Of a stretch of DNA of 64,000 nt, positions 12,300-25,935 are shown piece after piece. Source of the stretch: the human T2T-CHM13v2.0 reference genome, Homo sapiens. The position numbers were made by a program, and so were the translations under genes. The notes under the pieces were generated by a model. That model did no database searches. It was not told the DNA's origin and saw nothing but the letters and a program-made list of their open reading frames with translations. Numbering within the stretch: the first letter of the stretch is position 1; every line of letters starts with the position of its first letter. Where the stretch lies: the NCBI GenBank assembly GCA_009914755.4, contig CP068257.2, positions 21,376,001 through 21,440,000 on the forward strand. Direction: 5' to 3'.

Positions 12300-15200
12300 T
12301 AAGCAGATTATTAGATTTTCTCCTATGAAGTTCTCATCATTTAGCTGCCACTTAAAAGTGAGAACATGTGGTATTTGGTTTTCTATTTCTGCATTAGTTT
12401 GCTAAGGATAAAAGCCACCAGCTCCAACTATGTTCCTGCAAAAGTCATTAATTTTTAAGGCTACATAGTATTCCATGGTGTAATCTCTACCATATTTTCT
12501 TTATCCTATCTGTCATGGATGGACATTTAGGTTTATTCTATGTCTTTGCTATTGTGAATAGTGCCTCAATGAATATTTGTGTGCATGTGACTTTATAGTA
12601 CAATAATTTATATTCCTCTAAATTTATACCCAGTAATGGTATTGTTCTGTTTTTAACTCTTTGAGAAATCACCATACTGCTTTCCATAATGGCTGAACTA
12701 ATTTACACTCCCATCAACAGTGTATAAGTGTTCCTTTTTCTCTGCAATCTTGTCACCATCTTTTTTTTTTTGACTTTTTAATAATAGCCATTCTGCCTGA
12801 TGCAATATAGTATCATCGTGGTTTTGATTTGCATTTCTCTAATGATTAGACTTTTTAATATGCTTGTTGGCCACATTTGTTTTTCTGTTTTTTTTTGTTT
12901 GTTTTTTTTTTTTTTTTTTTTTGGAAAAGGGTCTGTTCAAGTCATTTGCACACTTTTTAATGGGGTTGTTTCTTTTTCCCCTGTAAATGTGTTTAAGTTT
13001 ATTATAGATGCTGGATATAGACCTTTATAGATGCATAGTTTGCAAATATTTTCACCCATTCTCTAGGTTATCTGTTTACTCCATTGATGGTGTTTTTTTT
13101 TTTTTTCCTGTGCAGAAGCTCTTTAATTAGATCCCATTTGTCCATTTTTGCTTTTGCTTGATTGCTTTTGATGTGTTTCTCATGAAGTCTTTGCCCATTC
13201 CTGTGTTCAGGGTGTATTGCCTACGTTATCTTCCAGGGTTTTTTAAATAAGATTTTGGTTTTACATTTAAATATTTAATCCATCTTGAGTTGATTTTTGT
13301 ATATGGTGTAAGGAAAGTGTCCAACTTCAATCTTCTGCACCATTTATTAAAGAGTAAGTATTTTCTCCATTTCTTGTTTTTGTCAGTTTTGTTGAAGGTC
13401 AGGTGGTTGTAGGTGTGCGGCCTTATTTCTGGGCTCTCTATTCCATTTTGTTCATCTATGTGCCTGTTTTTGTACCAGTACCATGCTATTTTGGTTACTA
13501 TAGCCTTGTTTGAAGCCAGGTAAAATGATGCCTCCAGCTTCGGTATTTTTGCTGAGAATTGCCTTGGCTATTTGGGCTGGTTTTGTTTCCATATCAATTT
13601 TTAAATAGATTTTTTGGGTTCTGCAAAGAATGTAATTGGTAGTTTGAGAGAAATAGCATTGCATCTGTAAATTGCTTTGGGCAGTATGGTCATTTTAATG
13701 ACATTGATTCTTCCTCTTCATGAGAATGGGAAGTTATTCCATTTATTTGTGTCTTGTCTGATTTCTTTAAGCAGTGTTTTGTAATTCTCATGGTGGAGAT
13801 CTTTCACCTCCAGGTTAGCTGGATTCCCAGATATTTTATTCATGTTGTGGTAATTGTGAATGAGATTGCCTTCCTTTTCTGGCTCTCAGCTTGACTGTTT
13901 TTGATGTATAACCCATTATTTTTAGCTGATAATAACTTTGTTTGCATAAACAAATAAAATACTAATAAAAACTCTACTTTGTCCACCAGCTTTTTTTTTT
14001 TCTATTTATATGTTATGGTACTGTGTCTTAAAAATTGTTGTAGTTATTTTTGATTGGTTCATCATTTAGTTTTTCTAGTATGAATAAAGATAGTTTCCAC
14101 CCACAGTTGTGATAATATTCTGTGTTTTTCTTTGAAATCATTATTAGCAGTGAGTTTTGTAACTTCAGTTGATTATTTATTGCTTATTACCATCCTTTTC
14201 TTTCTGATTGAGCATTTCTTATAGGACAGATCTGATGTTGATGAAATCCCTCCATGGGAAAATTGTTTGTCTGGGAAAGTTGTTATTTCTTCTTCATTAT
14301 GAAAGGATATTTTTATTAGGTATACTATTCTAGAGTATTTTTTATTTCAGCATGTTAAATCTTTAAATATGTTATGCCGCTCTTTCCTGGCCTGTAGGAC
14401 TTTCACTGAAAAGTCTATTGTGAGATGTCTTAGAGCTCCATTGTGTGCTATTTGCTTCTTTTATCTTGCTGCTTCTAAGATCTTTTGTTTATCCTAGATC
14501 TTTCAGAGTTTGATTGTTAAATGCCTTGAGGCAGTCTTCCTTGGGTTAAGTTTGCCAGGTTTCTATAACCTTCTTGTACTTGGAAATTGTTTTCTTTCCC
14601 TAGGTTTGGTAAGTTCCTTATTATTATTCTTTTGAGTAAACTTTCTACCCCTATCTTTTTCTCTACTTCTTCTTTAAGGGCAATAACTCAGATTTGCATT
14701 TTGAGGTTATTTTCTAGATCCTGTAGGCATGCATTATCATTTTTTATTCTTGTTTCTTTTGTCTCCTCTGACTGTATATTTTCAAAGAGCTTATCTTCAA
14801 GCTCACTAATTCTTTATTCTGCTTGGTAAATTCTGGTATTAAAAGACTATAATGCCATTCTTCAGTATGCCCATTGCATTTTTCTACTTAATTCGTTTTA
14901 GTTATTTCAACCTCTTGTGTAATATACATGATGGAATTCTAAATTACTTCTCTGCATTATCTTGTATTTCTTTGAGTTTCCTTGAAACAGCTATTTTGAA
15001 TTCTCTCTCTGAATGGTCACATGTCTCTTTTTTCCAGGATTGGTACCTGGTACCTTACTTAGTTCATTTGGTAAGGTCATGTTTTCCTGGAGTGTCTTGA
15101 TACTGGTAGATGTTCATCTGTGTCTGGCCATTGAAGAATTATGTATTTATTATAGTCTTCACTGTCTGAGCTTGTTTGTACCTGTCTTCCTTGAGAAGGC

Positions 15201-15410
15201 TTTCCAGATATTTAAAAGGACTTGTGTGTTGTAATCTAGGCTGTATCTTCTTTTTCATGGGAATAAAAGTGGTTTCTGAGAAAATAAAAAAAGATAGACT
15301 GAATGATGTGGAAGAGTCTTTCTTAGATGGTATCCTAGTCCTTATTGACACAAAAAATGTTGCCCTTTTCAGAATGTTTCATATCCCTCATAACTTTTTA
15401 GGCTAATGAA
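12300..15410 (-). mobile_element. L1 element (L1P/L1M-like; 3'UTR plus about 3 kb of ORF2), antisense, degenerate
   Basis: 'ttagctgccacttaaaagtgagaacatgtggtatttggttttctatttctgcattagtttgctaaggataaaagccaccagctccaa' and 'ccagtaccatgctattttggttactatagccttgtttgaagccaggtaaaatgatgcctccagcttcggtatttttgctgagaattgccttggctatttgggctggttttgtttccatatcaattttt' are antisense L1 ORF2 hallmarks. There are many frameshifts and stops. Confidence 0.8.
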
Positions 15411-16796
15411 AAATATGTGATATTCGTCATATATGTGGGTACTGTTGTGCTCTAATTTATGTTTTAAAGTTAGATTAAGCCTGTATCTACACTCCTGTGT
15501 GTAGTCAGATAGCATTTTTACTATTATGCAGTCACATCAGAATGTCAATTTCCTCCTATACTCCTTCTTTTAAATGCTGCTATTGATTTATTTATTTAAT
15601 GTCATTTGCTTCACAAGGTTGTTAAGGATATTGAGGCTCAAGTATTGTATCTTGAACTTATTTTCTACATAGAGCATTATGGTTATGTTGGGGCAATTAC
15701 AAGGGTTAATTTAGGCAGTTTTTAAATCATCTATAAGGAGCAATTATGGTATCATCTATAAGTTATACCACCAAAAATGCATTCAAATTGTATTGTTTTG
15801 AATGCAGCTGCTTCATTGGTTGTCATTAAGTCAGGGAAGTGGATGTGATACTTTCAAGAGTTGCAGTTTTTGAATAAAAATTAATCCCACCCCTATTTCT
15901 CAAGTTATAAAACCATTAGCTTGACACCACCTCACTTATAAGGTATGATGTAGCCTTAAAAGTAAATGTGCTTTGGGTCAAATGGATATAGAGACAGTGA
16001 GATGTAATGCAAAAGCCTGAAAGTATCATAGAAAATATATCAGGCCCTATGTATTAATGGCTCTGTAACTTGAGCAGGTCACTTGATCTGTCTGTGTTTA
16101 CTTTATTGGGTTTTAAAGAATCACCTTAAATAAATGTGAAAGTCACTTATATACCAATACGTCTTGCACATTGGCAAATCATCAGCATACCTCTATTCTA
16201 TTGCCTGTCCCATAGAGTAATTGAAACCAGTTAACTTCTCTGAGGATCAAGGTTTTTAGTACTCATCTCTGGACACAAGATACTTGAGAAGAGAATTGAT
16301 GCTGAGCAAATGTTTCTATTCAAGGGCTGTATATAGAATTGAAACTCAATGGGCTTTCCTTAAAAATATTTTTACTAGAATTTTGATAAACAAATTGCGA
16401 TACTCAGGTCACTAGACTTTTCTGTGACATAGTGAGTCAGTGGAAGAGTGAGTTAAAGAATTGAACTTTCTACAAAGCAACTTCAAACCAAAGTAATTTT
16501 TATCAAACTAGCCTAATTACTGCAGCTGGGAAAAGTTTCTGAAAGTAACATGAGCTTATTTTCCTGTGTTTAACTGACTTAATAATAACCTTATCTTATA
16601 ATAATATACTTTGCTCTGTCCTATGGAAAATTGTTTTCACAACAGTCAAATTAACACCAACTGAATCAAACTCTGTGTATAATGAAACTTAATATCAAAT
16701 TATAAACAAATATGGAATTTCAGCTATGTAAAAAGGATAATGTTACCTTTTTTTCCCTTCAGTGATTTTTCCATTATTTCAAGGCTAAATTCTAAC

Positions 16797-17147
<351 letters not shown>

Positions 17148-18039
17148 TAACCTTGCTGCTTTCTTAACCTATAACAGCCAATTTCTACTATTTCACCCTT
17201 TGTACTCATTTTTCAGTTGCCACTATCAATATTTGGTTTTATGTTTTATCTTCAAGGGAAACTTGCCCAAGTCTGTGGTTTCTCTATTACACATGTAAAC
17301 AGAATCTTAATTTTTTTCAGAATATTTCCCCAATTATACTGCATGTAAAATAAATCATTATTAGGAAAAGAAATAACAATTTTCTAGGGAGGAAACAATC
17401 TAGAACACAGTTCAATAAGCATTTGCATTATGCTTCTTGTGAATATTGGCTTAATATTTTTTACACACACTACGCTCTGAATTCCAGGAGTCTAGGAATT
17501 GTATTTACTTTGTTCTCCAGTGTATCTATCTCTAGTCCCAGGGCAATGTTCTAGACATTGTCAAAATTTAACAACTATACACTAAATAAATTAATTCAAT
17601 TGACACCTTAGAATAATGTTGCTTATCTTCAATCTGCTAACCAAGAATGCCAACTGAAATGCAAGACAACTGCTTTCTACTTAGTTTATGCCCCTGCATG
17701 TTGAGGATGTAAATCAACTTATTGCCTAGCAGAGTTATTAAAATAAAAATTATGTTTACTCTCAGTATTCGATATAAATTTATAATAAAAAACAATCAGT
17801 GACATATACATTTTATTAACACCTTGGTTGAGCAAAAAAAACAGATTAACCTTAATGCAAAATTCAACCCAAAGTTTAGTGATTGCTTTGGAAACGTAGG
17901 TATACACTTTTTTATCTCTAGTACTTAAGATAGTTCATTTTGCTATTTATACAAATATTTAAATTTAAAATGACTAATAAAAACTGTATCTTTTGGAAAA
18001 TCTTTCTTATACAATGAAAGGAGTGAGAAAATAAGGAAA

Positions 18040-18165
18040 AATTAGGTAATGGATACTAGGCTTAATACCTGCAGAATGAAATAATCTGTATAACAAACCC
18101 CCATGACACAAATTTACCTATGTAACAAACCTGCACATGTACCCCTGAACTTAAAAATTATGAAA
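18040..18165 (+). mobile_element. L1 3'UTR terminal fragment (sense)
   Basis: 'ggatactaggcttaatacctgcagaatgaaataatctgtataacaaacccccatgacacaaatttacctatgtaacaaacctgcacatgtacccctgaacttaaaaatta' is the L1P 3'UTR end in sense orientation. Confidence 0.65.
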
Positions 18166-19764
18166 TATATATACAGTTAAATTTAAATGAAGATAAATAT
18201 ATATGTAGGAGTAACACAATAAATTTTTACATCTTTCCATATAGTTAACTTTCATGGACAGAAACAATCGACCTATGAAACAATTAGAACAATGTATGTT
18301 AATCAATTTAGATTGCAATTAAATACCATATTTTAAGCATCTTAAAATATACTCACCTGTTATTTTATTGTCTAATACCTGATTTAAAGTCACTTCCGTT
18401 CAGAAGCTACAATTTATCAGTGATGGTGAGTCAAATGGTTATCAGACAGCCTTCGGCATTGGCCAAAAGGAGAATTCACTTTTCCCTCTTTGTGCCTCAT
18501 TATAAACACATGGGAAAAAGTGAATATACTGCTCATTTCAGTTTTAAAATCTAAGCATCCACAGAAACAGAAAGAAATACCTGCAGAACTAGACACAGAC
18601 ATTTATTCTATTTGTGGTGGTAATTATGTATTATTTTAGTATCAGCTGCACAAAATCACATCTGTGCCTGTGTCTACAATTTCCTCTAAGCTTGTTTCTA
18701 AATGTCACAATTAACTATATCTATTTTTGATAATTTGAAGAAAGTAGTGTTATTTTTGAAATGATAATGCGCTTTCTCTTTGTTTTTGACAGTGATTTTT
18801 CTGTTTTGCTTTATTCATAGGCACATTTTTTCTTTAGTTATATATTTGTGATGTTGAAATTGTATTCATTTAAATACACCCACAGATACAGATAATAAAG
18901 TAGCCTCTATCAAAATATCACTGTCAAGTATTTTAAATATGAACAGGAAAATTGGCATATGTATCTTATTCTAGTAAGAACCTATTTTCCCATACACCAT
19001 ATAAGTTTTAAGCTCCCACTTACGTAAACACCTGTTTTGGCTGTTGTTTCCAGTTTAATGAGTTTGGGGAGGTTTATATCTCTGAACTGAGAGTAGTTCT
19101 ATCATTTTGACATTTAATTTTGTTTCTCTTTTATAAATGTCTTGTAAAAAGAGAATCATTTAGCATCTGTTTTGTTATCTTCCAACATCTGTCCTACCTA
19201 CCCACTGTATCAAAAAGTGCACACTTCTTAAATCATAGATTGATTCAATCTTTTCAGGTGGATTTCATGATGCCATCAATTTTTTAGTGAAGCTTTAATG
19301 TAATATGTTATTGCAAGAAATGTTTTGTCATTTATTAAGGTATTATTAGTATATACATGTATAAAATTCTGAATCTACATCGAAAAATGATTTGGAGACT
19401 TGAACCAATTACTCACAAAATATAGGAGAGAGTCTTCTTTTTGAGAAAAAGGGGAGCTGCGTGCAATTTGTTCATATGTTTGGCATCTCAGCTGTCCAAC
19501 TTGAATAAATCATGACATGCTTTCTCAAAACTTCAAATGATCGTGACTGACTTAATTTATGTACACTTGAAACCACTCTTATATTATTGTTTTGGAAGTA
19601 TAATTAATATAATAATAATTTTGTCCTGTTTTGGGATATCTCTGCAATGAGATCATCTTTAAAGATTATAATTATTCTGTAAAATTCAGTAAAATACATT
19701 AAAAATATAAAATCATCCGACTAACTTCTTTCCCAAATAATTTAAAGAAAGCTTTTGGGAAGTA

Positions 19765-20085
19765 AGTAGGGCTCAATGAGGTCCTGGCGTTGAGGCCCTC
19801 ATGATAGAATTAATGCCCTTATAGGAAGAGACACCAAAGAGATGGTTCTGTCTAACCCCCCTTTTCCACTTCAGTCTCCCATCCCTGTACCTTGTGAAGA
19901 CACAATAAGAAGCCGGCTCTCCGCTAGATAAGAAGTGAACCATCATCAAAAATCAACAGTGCCAGCACCCTGATCTGGGACTTCCTCATTCCGGAAATGT
20001 GACGAAATAAATTTATATTATTTAAGCTACCCAGTCTGTGGCATATTGTTATGGCAGCTTAAGTGCGCAGAGACAATATACAAAA
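19765..20085 (+). mobile_element. MaLR LTR 3' portion (MLT1-like), sense
   Basis: '...gaggccctcatgatagaattaatgcccttataggaagagacaccaaagagatgg...ctgatctgggacttcctcattccggaaatgtgacgaaataaatttatattatttaagctacccagtctgtggcatattgttatggcagcttaag...' matches remembered MLT1 '...ccagcctccagaactgtgagaaataaatttctgttgtttaagccacccagtctatggtattttgttatagcagcccgaac...'. Confidence 0.5.
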
Positions 20086-21882
20086 AAATCACAATCTGTA
20101 AAATGCATTCAAATTTTATTGAGCCAAACCAGTACCATTCAAACGTATTAATGAGAGACTTTGATTTGGAAGTGAGCGAATTGAGGAAGGAAACTCTAAG
20201 GAGATGGGAATTAATTTTTGGCTAATTCAGCAGGCATCTTAATTTCAGGAGCAGCTGTGGATTGAGTTTTGGGCACAGAAAAGGCATCAATGAAGCTGGC
20301 AGTATCATTAGAAGCAGCAGTTGCCTCCAGGGCTCAGTGAGGCAATGGCAATCATGATGTTTCCCTGACGGGCAATTTTTTTCTCCATCATGTTGTCGAG
20401 TTCTGAGGCTAGTTCCCCAACTCTACAAACAATTCTGCGAACTGATTTTATTTTTCTTTTTTTTTAATGACCATTTTCGCTTCATTAGCAGAATCACTTT
20501 CATTGACTGCTATTAAGATCCCTGACTGATACTGTGGAAATAAACAATGAATAAATAAATATGTAATGTATCATTATGATTTTATATACACAATAAAAAT
20601 AAACCATGATAAAGAGACGAAGTGATTGGAGCTATGATTTCAAATAGGAATATGAAGGAAAGTTGGACCTAAAAAGACTCATGTTTCTGCATGTTTCAAT
20701 TTGGGAGAAGGAGACAATATTTCAAAAGACTTGATTATAGTTTAGGAATGAGCTCTAAAAGATCTGGATAAGTATAGTTCATGCCTAACTAACAGGCAGT
20801 AGAAAGGCCCAGAGGTAAAAATATGCTTTGTATACATGAGAAGGAATATATCATCCAGAATATTTTTCAAATAATAAAATATTACTTATCAAAATTTTTT
20901 ATAAGTACGTCAGGCACATTTAGTATAATAATCTTTTAAATTGAAAAGACATAATAATCTAAGAAATGGATATACTCTCTTTGTTTAATAACAACAAAAC
21001 AAAACAAGAAAACCATAAGAATTAGCACTATATTTAATGCTTTGCCTAAAAATATATGTCATTGTTTATGGTGCAACATATACATCATTGACTCATTTTT
21101 GATAATATGATTAATGTTTATTGAACACTTTTTGTGCATGAAATGCATTCCATTCTGTTCCTGATTCTTTTATAGATTTATGTAACATAGCATTCATATT
21201 GAATATTAGAATGCAGAATTGTGTATTCCTCTTAATTTGTCTACAGCATATATTACTGATGTTTTGAAAAGTGACTTGTGATATTTTATTTTATAAATAG
21301 AAAGAAGTTCTGGAACGTTGCTTATAATTGGGGAAATAAGCACAAATGAAAGACCATGGTATGGTGAGATATAGAAATATAAATAAATGGAGAGATAAAG
21401 ATATATAGTTAAATATGTATTGATTATTTCATATTTATCACTATTATATTTTGATAAAGCTTTGGTTTTACCTAATTTTTAAAATACTAAATGTTAAAAT
21501 CCCATAGAAAATTAGAAATATAACTGAGAGCCACATGCATAGTTTGAAGTGTCTTCCTTTCGCTATCTATGTGGACAGAGACTGGGAAGTTTCTCCACTG
21601 CTCTAAGAGTAACCATTACCTTTACAGCTATAGTTACTGCTGCCATCATGACTTAACAGTAACTAAAATAACAAAAATGGATTATACACTTTTCCAAATT
21701 TGGAAAAACAATACTGAAATCTAACTTTGAGAAACTCATGTTCACTTTACTGCAATGATTAATCGTTTGCATTTATAGTTCCACAGTCAGAAGTACTGAG
21801 CCCCTGTATGTTCCCAAACTTTCATGAAGAGACAGGTTTCATTATCAGATAGAGAAATTGATGAAGGAAGAAATAGATGGGA

Positions 21883-21933
21883 AGATAGATGATAGATTGG
21901 ATAGATAGATAGATAGACAGATAGATAGATAGA
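21883..21933. repeat. (GATA)n / (TAGA)n tetranucleotide microsatellite, about 12 units, compound
   Basis: 'gatgatagattggatagatagatagatagacagatagatagatagaaa'. Confidence 0.95.
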
Positions 21934-24244
21934 AATATTTATGATTATTTTTCTAGACTCATTCTCTAGGAAATCGAATATTGATCTCCCCATGAACTTC
22001 ATACAAGTAAGTTTTCCATGAGATGTATTTATGACATTTTCCTTTTGTCATTTTTATGATCAAATATAAACAATATTTAAGTATATATATTTTCACTTAA
22101 TTATGTACAAAAACATATTAGAAAACACCAAAAAAGAGGAAACTACTCCCAACTCTCTTAACTTTTCACAATGAAAACTTTTATCAATGATGCTATTTTT
22201 CTAAAAACTTTTAAATGTTGAAATTTGGCATGGTCTTCAACGTGAGAAACGACAATATCCTTGGCATCCAATACGCTTTTACTATTTATGCTGATGGCAA
22301 AAGAAAAAAAAAAGTGCTTGGAACATTAACAAAAGTGTTAGGTTGTTTTACAACATGAAAACTGAATTAGGCTATGTTCCACCAGTCTATTTCAAGAATT
22401 GTATTTTTGAATTTATAGTTTGAATTATAGTAGAAATAAGATTATTTTCTACCATTTATACTTTGTTATTCTATTGATAAGAGCAAGAGAAAAATTACAA
22501 ATTCATAATTTAAGTGTAATGCTGTCTTCACAAAGCATTTAATTTGCCAATTTAGTAGATTTTTGTAGCATCTCATGGTTTCTGCTTCAAAAGACAATTT
22601 TCTGATAAGTCTAAAGAAGCATTTCCCTCAAAATTGAAAAAATGATACAATTGTTCAGGTTATATCTTTAGAGCCAACATGTCATAAAAGCATTTTCAGC
22701 AACATACAATGTATTAACTGTAAATGCCGAAATAGAAATTTTACCTAATTATATTCTTAAAAATAGCTGCTCAACCTCACTGCATTAGCAATTCTTCTAG
22801 GTTTTTTTTTTTGAATGGGATTCTTTTTTTTTTTTTTTTAATCAAATTTTCTTTCTGGGTATGTCCCCCAGAAACTCTTGTTACTTCTGTGTAAAGAAAT
22901 TGAGAACAACTTGTTATTCTGTTCTATATTTTAATAACTCTTTAAGCTTCTAAGTATGTGCAAATTATTCTAAGCCTTGTCATTATGAAATGTGATGGAT
23001 GATATTTATAACAGACACAGCTTTTTTCCTTGTATTGTGTGAAGAGTGCTTGCTGGTAAAAAATAAAATTATAGAACACAGATCACAAAATATTGAGGAA
23101 GACATTCTTTACTGAAGTAGGAAAGGCATTTGCGTCGCCAAAAATTATACGTGCTGTGTTTCAGAATATATAGACTTCCTCTCAGTTTAAACTTTGTTTG
23201 GAAAGAAAATTTTCCTCCAAAATGTTGCAGAAAGACTTGTAAGTTTCCAAACCTATTTCACTAAGATCTCTCATATCATGCTTGAGTTTTTTACTTTACA
23301 ATGCAGAAAGCAACCTGGTCTGCTACTTGAAGACAAAGTTATTGCTTTAGCACAGCATCACATTTTGATAGTGTTAGCATTTATATAAGAACTGCCTTTT
23401 TCCAATAATGAACCTCCAAATGAACATAGGCAAATGTTATTTTTTCATAGTTTTTCAATATATCAACATTTAAGTCAGTTTTCTTCCTTTCTTCTTTTAA
23501 ACAGCACCTCTCCATCCCCAATTAACATTATCTGACATTTTCATATACTTTCAACTTTGATTTTATTCTCATATTTAGTTAAAAACTTTTTTGGGGTCTT
23601 CCCTATTCTGCAGTACAAACGGAAAACAAAGATTGAAAATAAACTTTACTTTTGACTAACAGAGAAGCATTGTTCCTTTGGTGTCTCTTCTTATTTGATA
23701 ATCAAACTAAAGCCAGAGTATGTATAATAATACTTTAATTTATTCCCCTTGACATTTTCAAAAATATTTTCAATGTTATAGAAACAAAAAGAGCCATCCA
23801 TACTTTTAAATATAGTAATTATTCTTTTAGTCTCTATTAATGAAAAACTACAATCATGTCAAGACAATGATTGAATATTAAGAGACTGCAAAGGTAACTT
23901 CCCAAATCAGACATGCATCCACTGCTGCAGGTCTGTTGACATCATCCGTCTCTTTTCCTGGCTATTACAGCACATCGGCTTTAGTTTGCTTCATGGGAGC
24001 AAAACCTGGTAGTTTCTCTGTGCCCCTGCCTTGTATGTCCCCAGTAGTTTTTCCTTCTCTCACAATGTTTACCATTCATTACCAAAATGGAATCCTGCTC
24101 AGTGCCTCCAGATCCAACTTTGGAATATGGGGGAGTTAGTTAAAACCTTTGGCCAATGAATGCTAAAATATAAAGTCTTCATTCTCTTTTCATCCATGGG
24201 CAATTGAGACATGCAGTTTAGCTGGTTTCTTGGATCATTTAAGT

Positions 24245-24578
24245 CAGGAGTCCTCAACCCCAGGCGATGGAACGGTACTGGCCTGTGGCCTGTAAGGAAA
24301 TGGGCCACACAGCAGGAGGTGAGTGGCAGGTTGAGCCAGCATTGCCATCTGAGCTCCATTTCCAGGCAGATCAGCAGCAGCATTAGATTCTCATGAGAGT
24401 GGGAACCCTATTGTGAACTGTGCATGAGAGGGATCTAGGTTGTGCACTTTTTATGCGAATCTAATGCCTGATGATCTGAGGTAGAACAGTTTCATCCTGA
24501 AACCATCCTCCCACCCGGCTGTGGAAAAAATGCCTTCCAATAAACCAGTCTCTGGTGCCAAAAGTTTTGGGACTGCTG
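24245..24578 (-). mobile_element. MER1-type non-autonomous hAT-Charlie DNA transposon, internally deleted, both termini present
   Basis: The window shows 'caggagtcctcaaccccaggcgatggaacggtactggcctgtggcctgtaaggaaatgggccacacagcaggaggtgag...cattagattctcatgagagtgggaaccctattgtgaactgtgcatgagagggatctaggttgtgcac...gaatctaatgcctgatgatctgagg...ggctgtggaaaaaatgccttccaataaaccagtctctggtgccaaaagttttgggactgctg'. This matches the reverse complement of the MER1A consensus ('cagcggttcccaaactttttggcaccagggaccggtttcgtggaagacaatttttccacg...gcattagattctcataaggagcgcgcaacctagatccctcgcatgcgcagttcacaatagggttcgc...caggggtccccaacccccgggccgcggaccggtaccggtccgtggcctgttaggaaccgggccgcacagcaggaggtgagc'). Confidence 0.7.
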
Positions 24579-25844
24579 GTTTAGAGGGATCATGTAATCA
24601 GTAGTAACGGTCAGGATTCTAGAAAAACAATGACCCCTCCCAACTTTCTCACTTCGTTCCCCTCATCTCAGACTACTGACTCAGGGATTCTTTCCCTAGT
24701 AAAAGAATAACATAAATTGCTGCCTAAAACACTTCTTTCTGGATAACTCGGGCTATGACACCACTTGTGCAGCCACAAATCACTTTGTTGAAAACATTAT
24801 TTACTTTTTTTATTCAGAGTATTTGCAGAAATGAAATCAAAGAAAATGTGTTTCACTTTAAAATTGTTCTCAGTGTCCAGACCTTCTGAAGATCACTTAC
24901 AAATATTTGTTAAGTATATTATTTCTGTAATAAAACCACAATAGATATACAGTAGAACACAATAGATGCATCTTTTGGCAAGTATGTATCTAGTCACACA
25001 AGGATCCCTTTTAATTTATTTACTTCATGTCTATAAACCAAACAAATGTGAGTAAAATGTATGTATATATTAAAACATCAAAATATAGATATAACCTTAA
25101 CACAGATAAAATTAATATATCCTTATAAAAATTCTATATGTTGCTATCACCAAGATATTTTTTCCTAACCGTATTACAGATTGAATTCAATTTCAACATT
25201 GATATTTGTTTCAGTCACCCAGAATAGGAAGAGAACTAGTATCAGATCAGACCAAAAGTTGGGAACTATATATAAATAATTGGATCATGTCTAAAGAGAT
25301 GAATTAGACTGTGATGTTGGGAAGAATAAAGGTGGAAAACTAACTTAAATTATTGACATATTAAGACATGTTAGAAAATAAATGGCTTCATTCCATTAAA
25401 GAGACATTTCTTTGAATTTAAAAAATGTGTATTTATAGTGAAGGAAAAAAAATGTAGAGTTGATAAATGTCTTCAAGCCTGACCTTGCATATTCTTTATT
25501 TTTATAATATTCAAGTTTTGATCATATTCTAAGCATTAGTGCTCATTCACATACATTTTTAGTTGGTAAATTTGTTTTCTTCACCAGCATATATGGGCAC
25601 TGCAATAAAAAATTAAGCAATTATGTTTGATTTGGTGTAAAACTATATTTCGAGGAATATTTGTTAAAATAATTGCAATTATTTTGCCTGAGGAGTACCT
25701 TTTTTTTTGTCAAATATATTATTGAAAGTAAGCAGTAGTTACACAAGTTTCAAGCCTATAATAAAAGAAGATAAAGATGTTTGCCATTATTTGTATTTTA
25801 TGGAAATTGACAATGAAGAGAAATACATTTACCTCCAGACAATT

Positions 25845-25935
25845 ATATATATATATATATAATAGCTAGATAGATAGACGTAGCTGTAGATACATGATTT
25901 CTATATCTATATCTACATATTGATATATATACATG
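25845..25935. repeat. (TA)n followed by (TAGA)/(TATC)-like simple repeat
   Basis: 'atatatatatatatatataatagctagatagatagacgtagctgtagatacatgatttctatatctatatctacatattgatatatat'. Confidence 0.85.

Noticed and set aside
20160-20430. Slightly GC-richer block with a 58-codon stop-free frame on the minus strand ('...NCPSGKHHDCHCLTEPWRQLLLLMILPASLMPFLCPKLNPQLLLKLRCLL') considered as an exon or processed pseudogene
   Set aside because: It has no ATG start and no recognisable protein family. It sits immediately next to, and may be part of, an MLT1-type LTR remnant. It is indistinguishable from a chance open frame.
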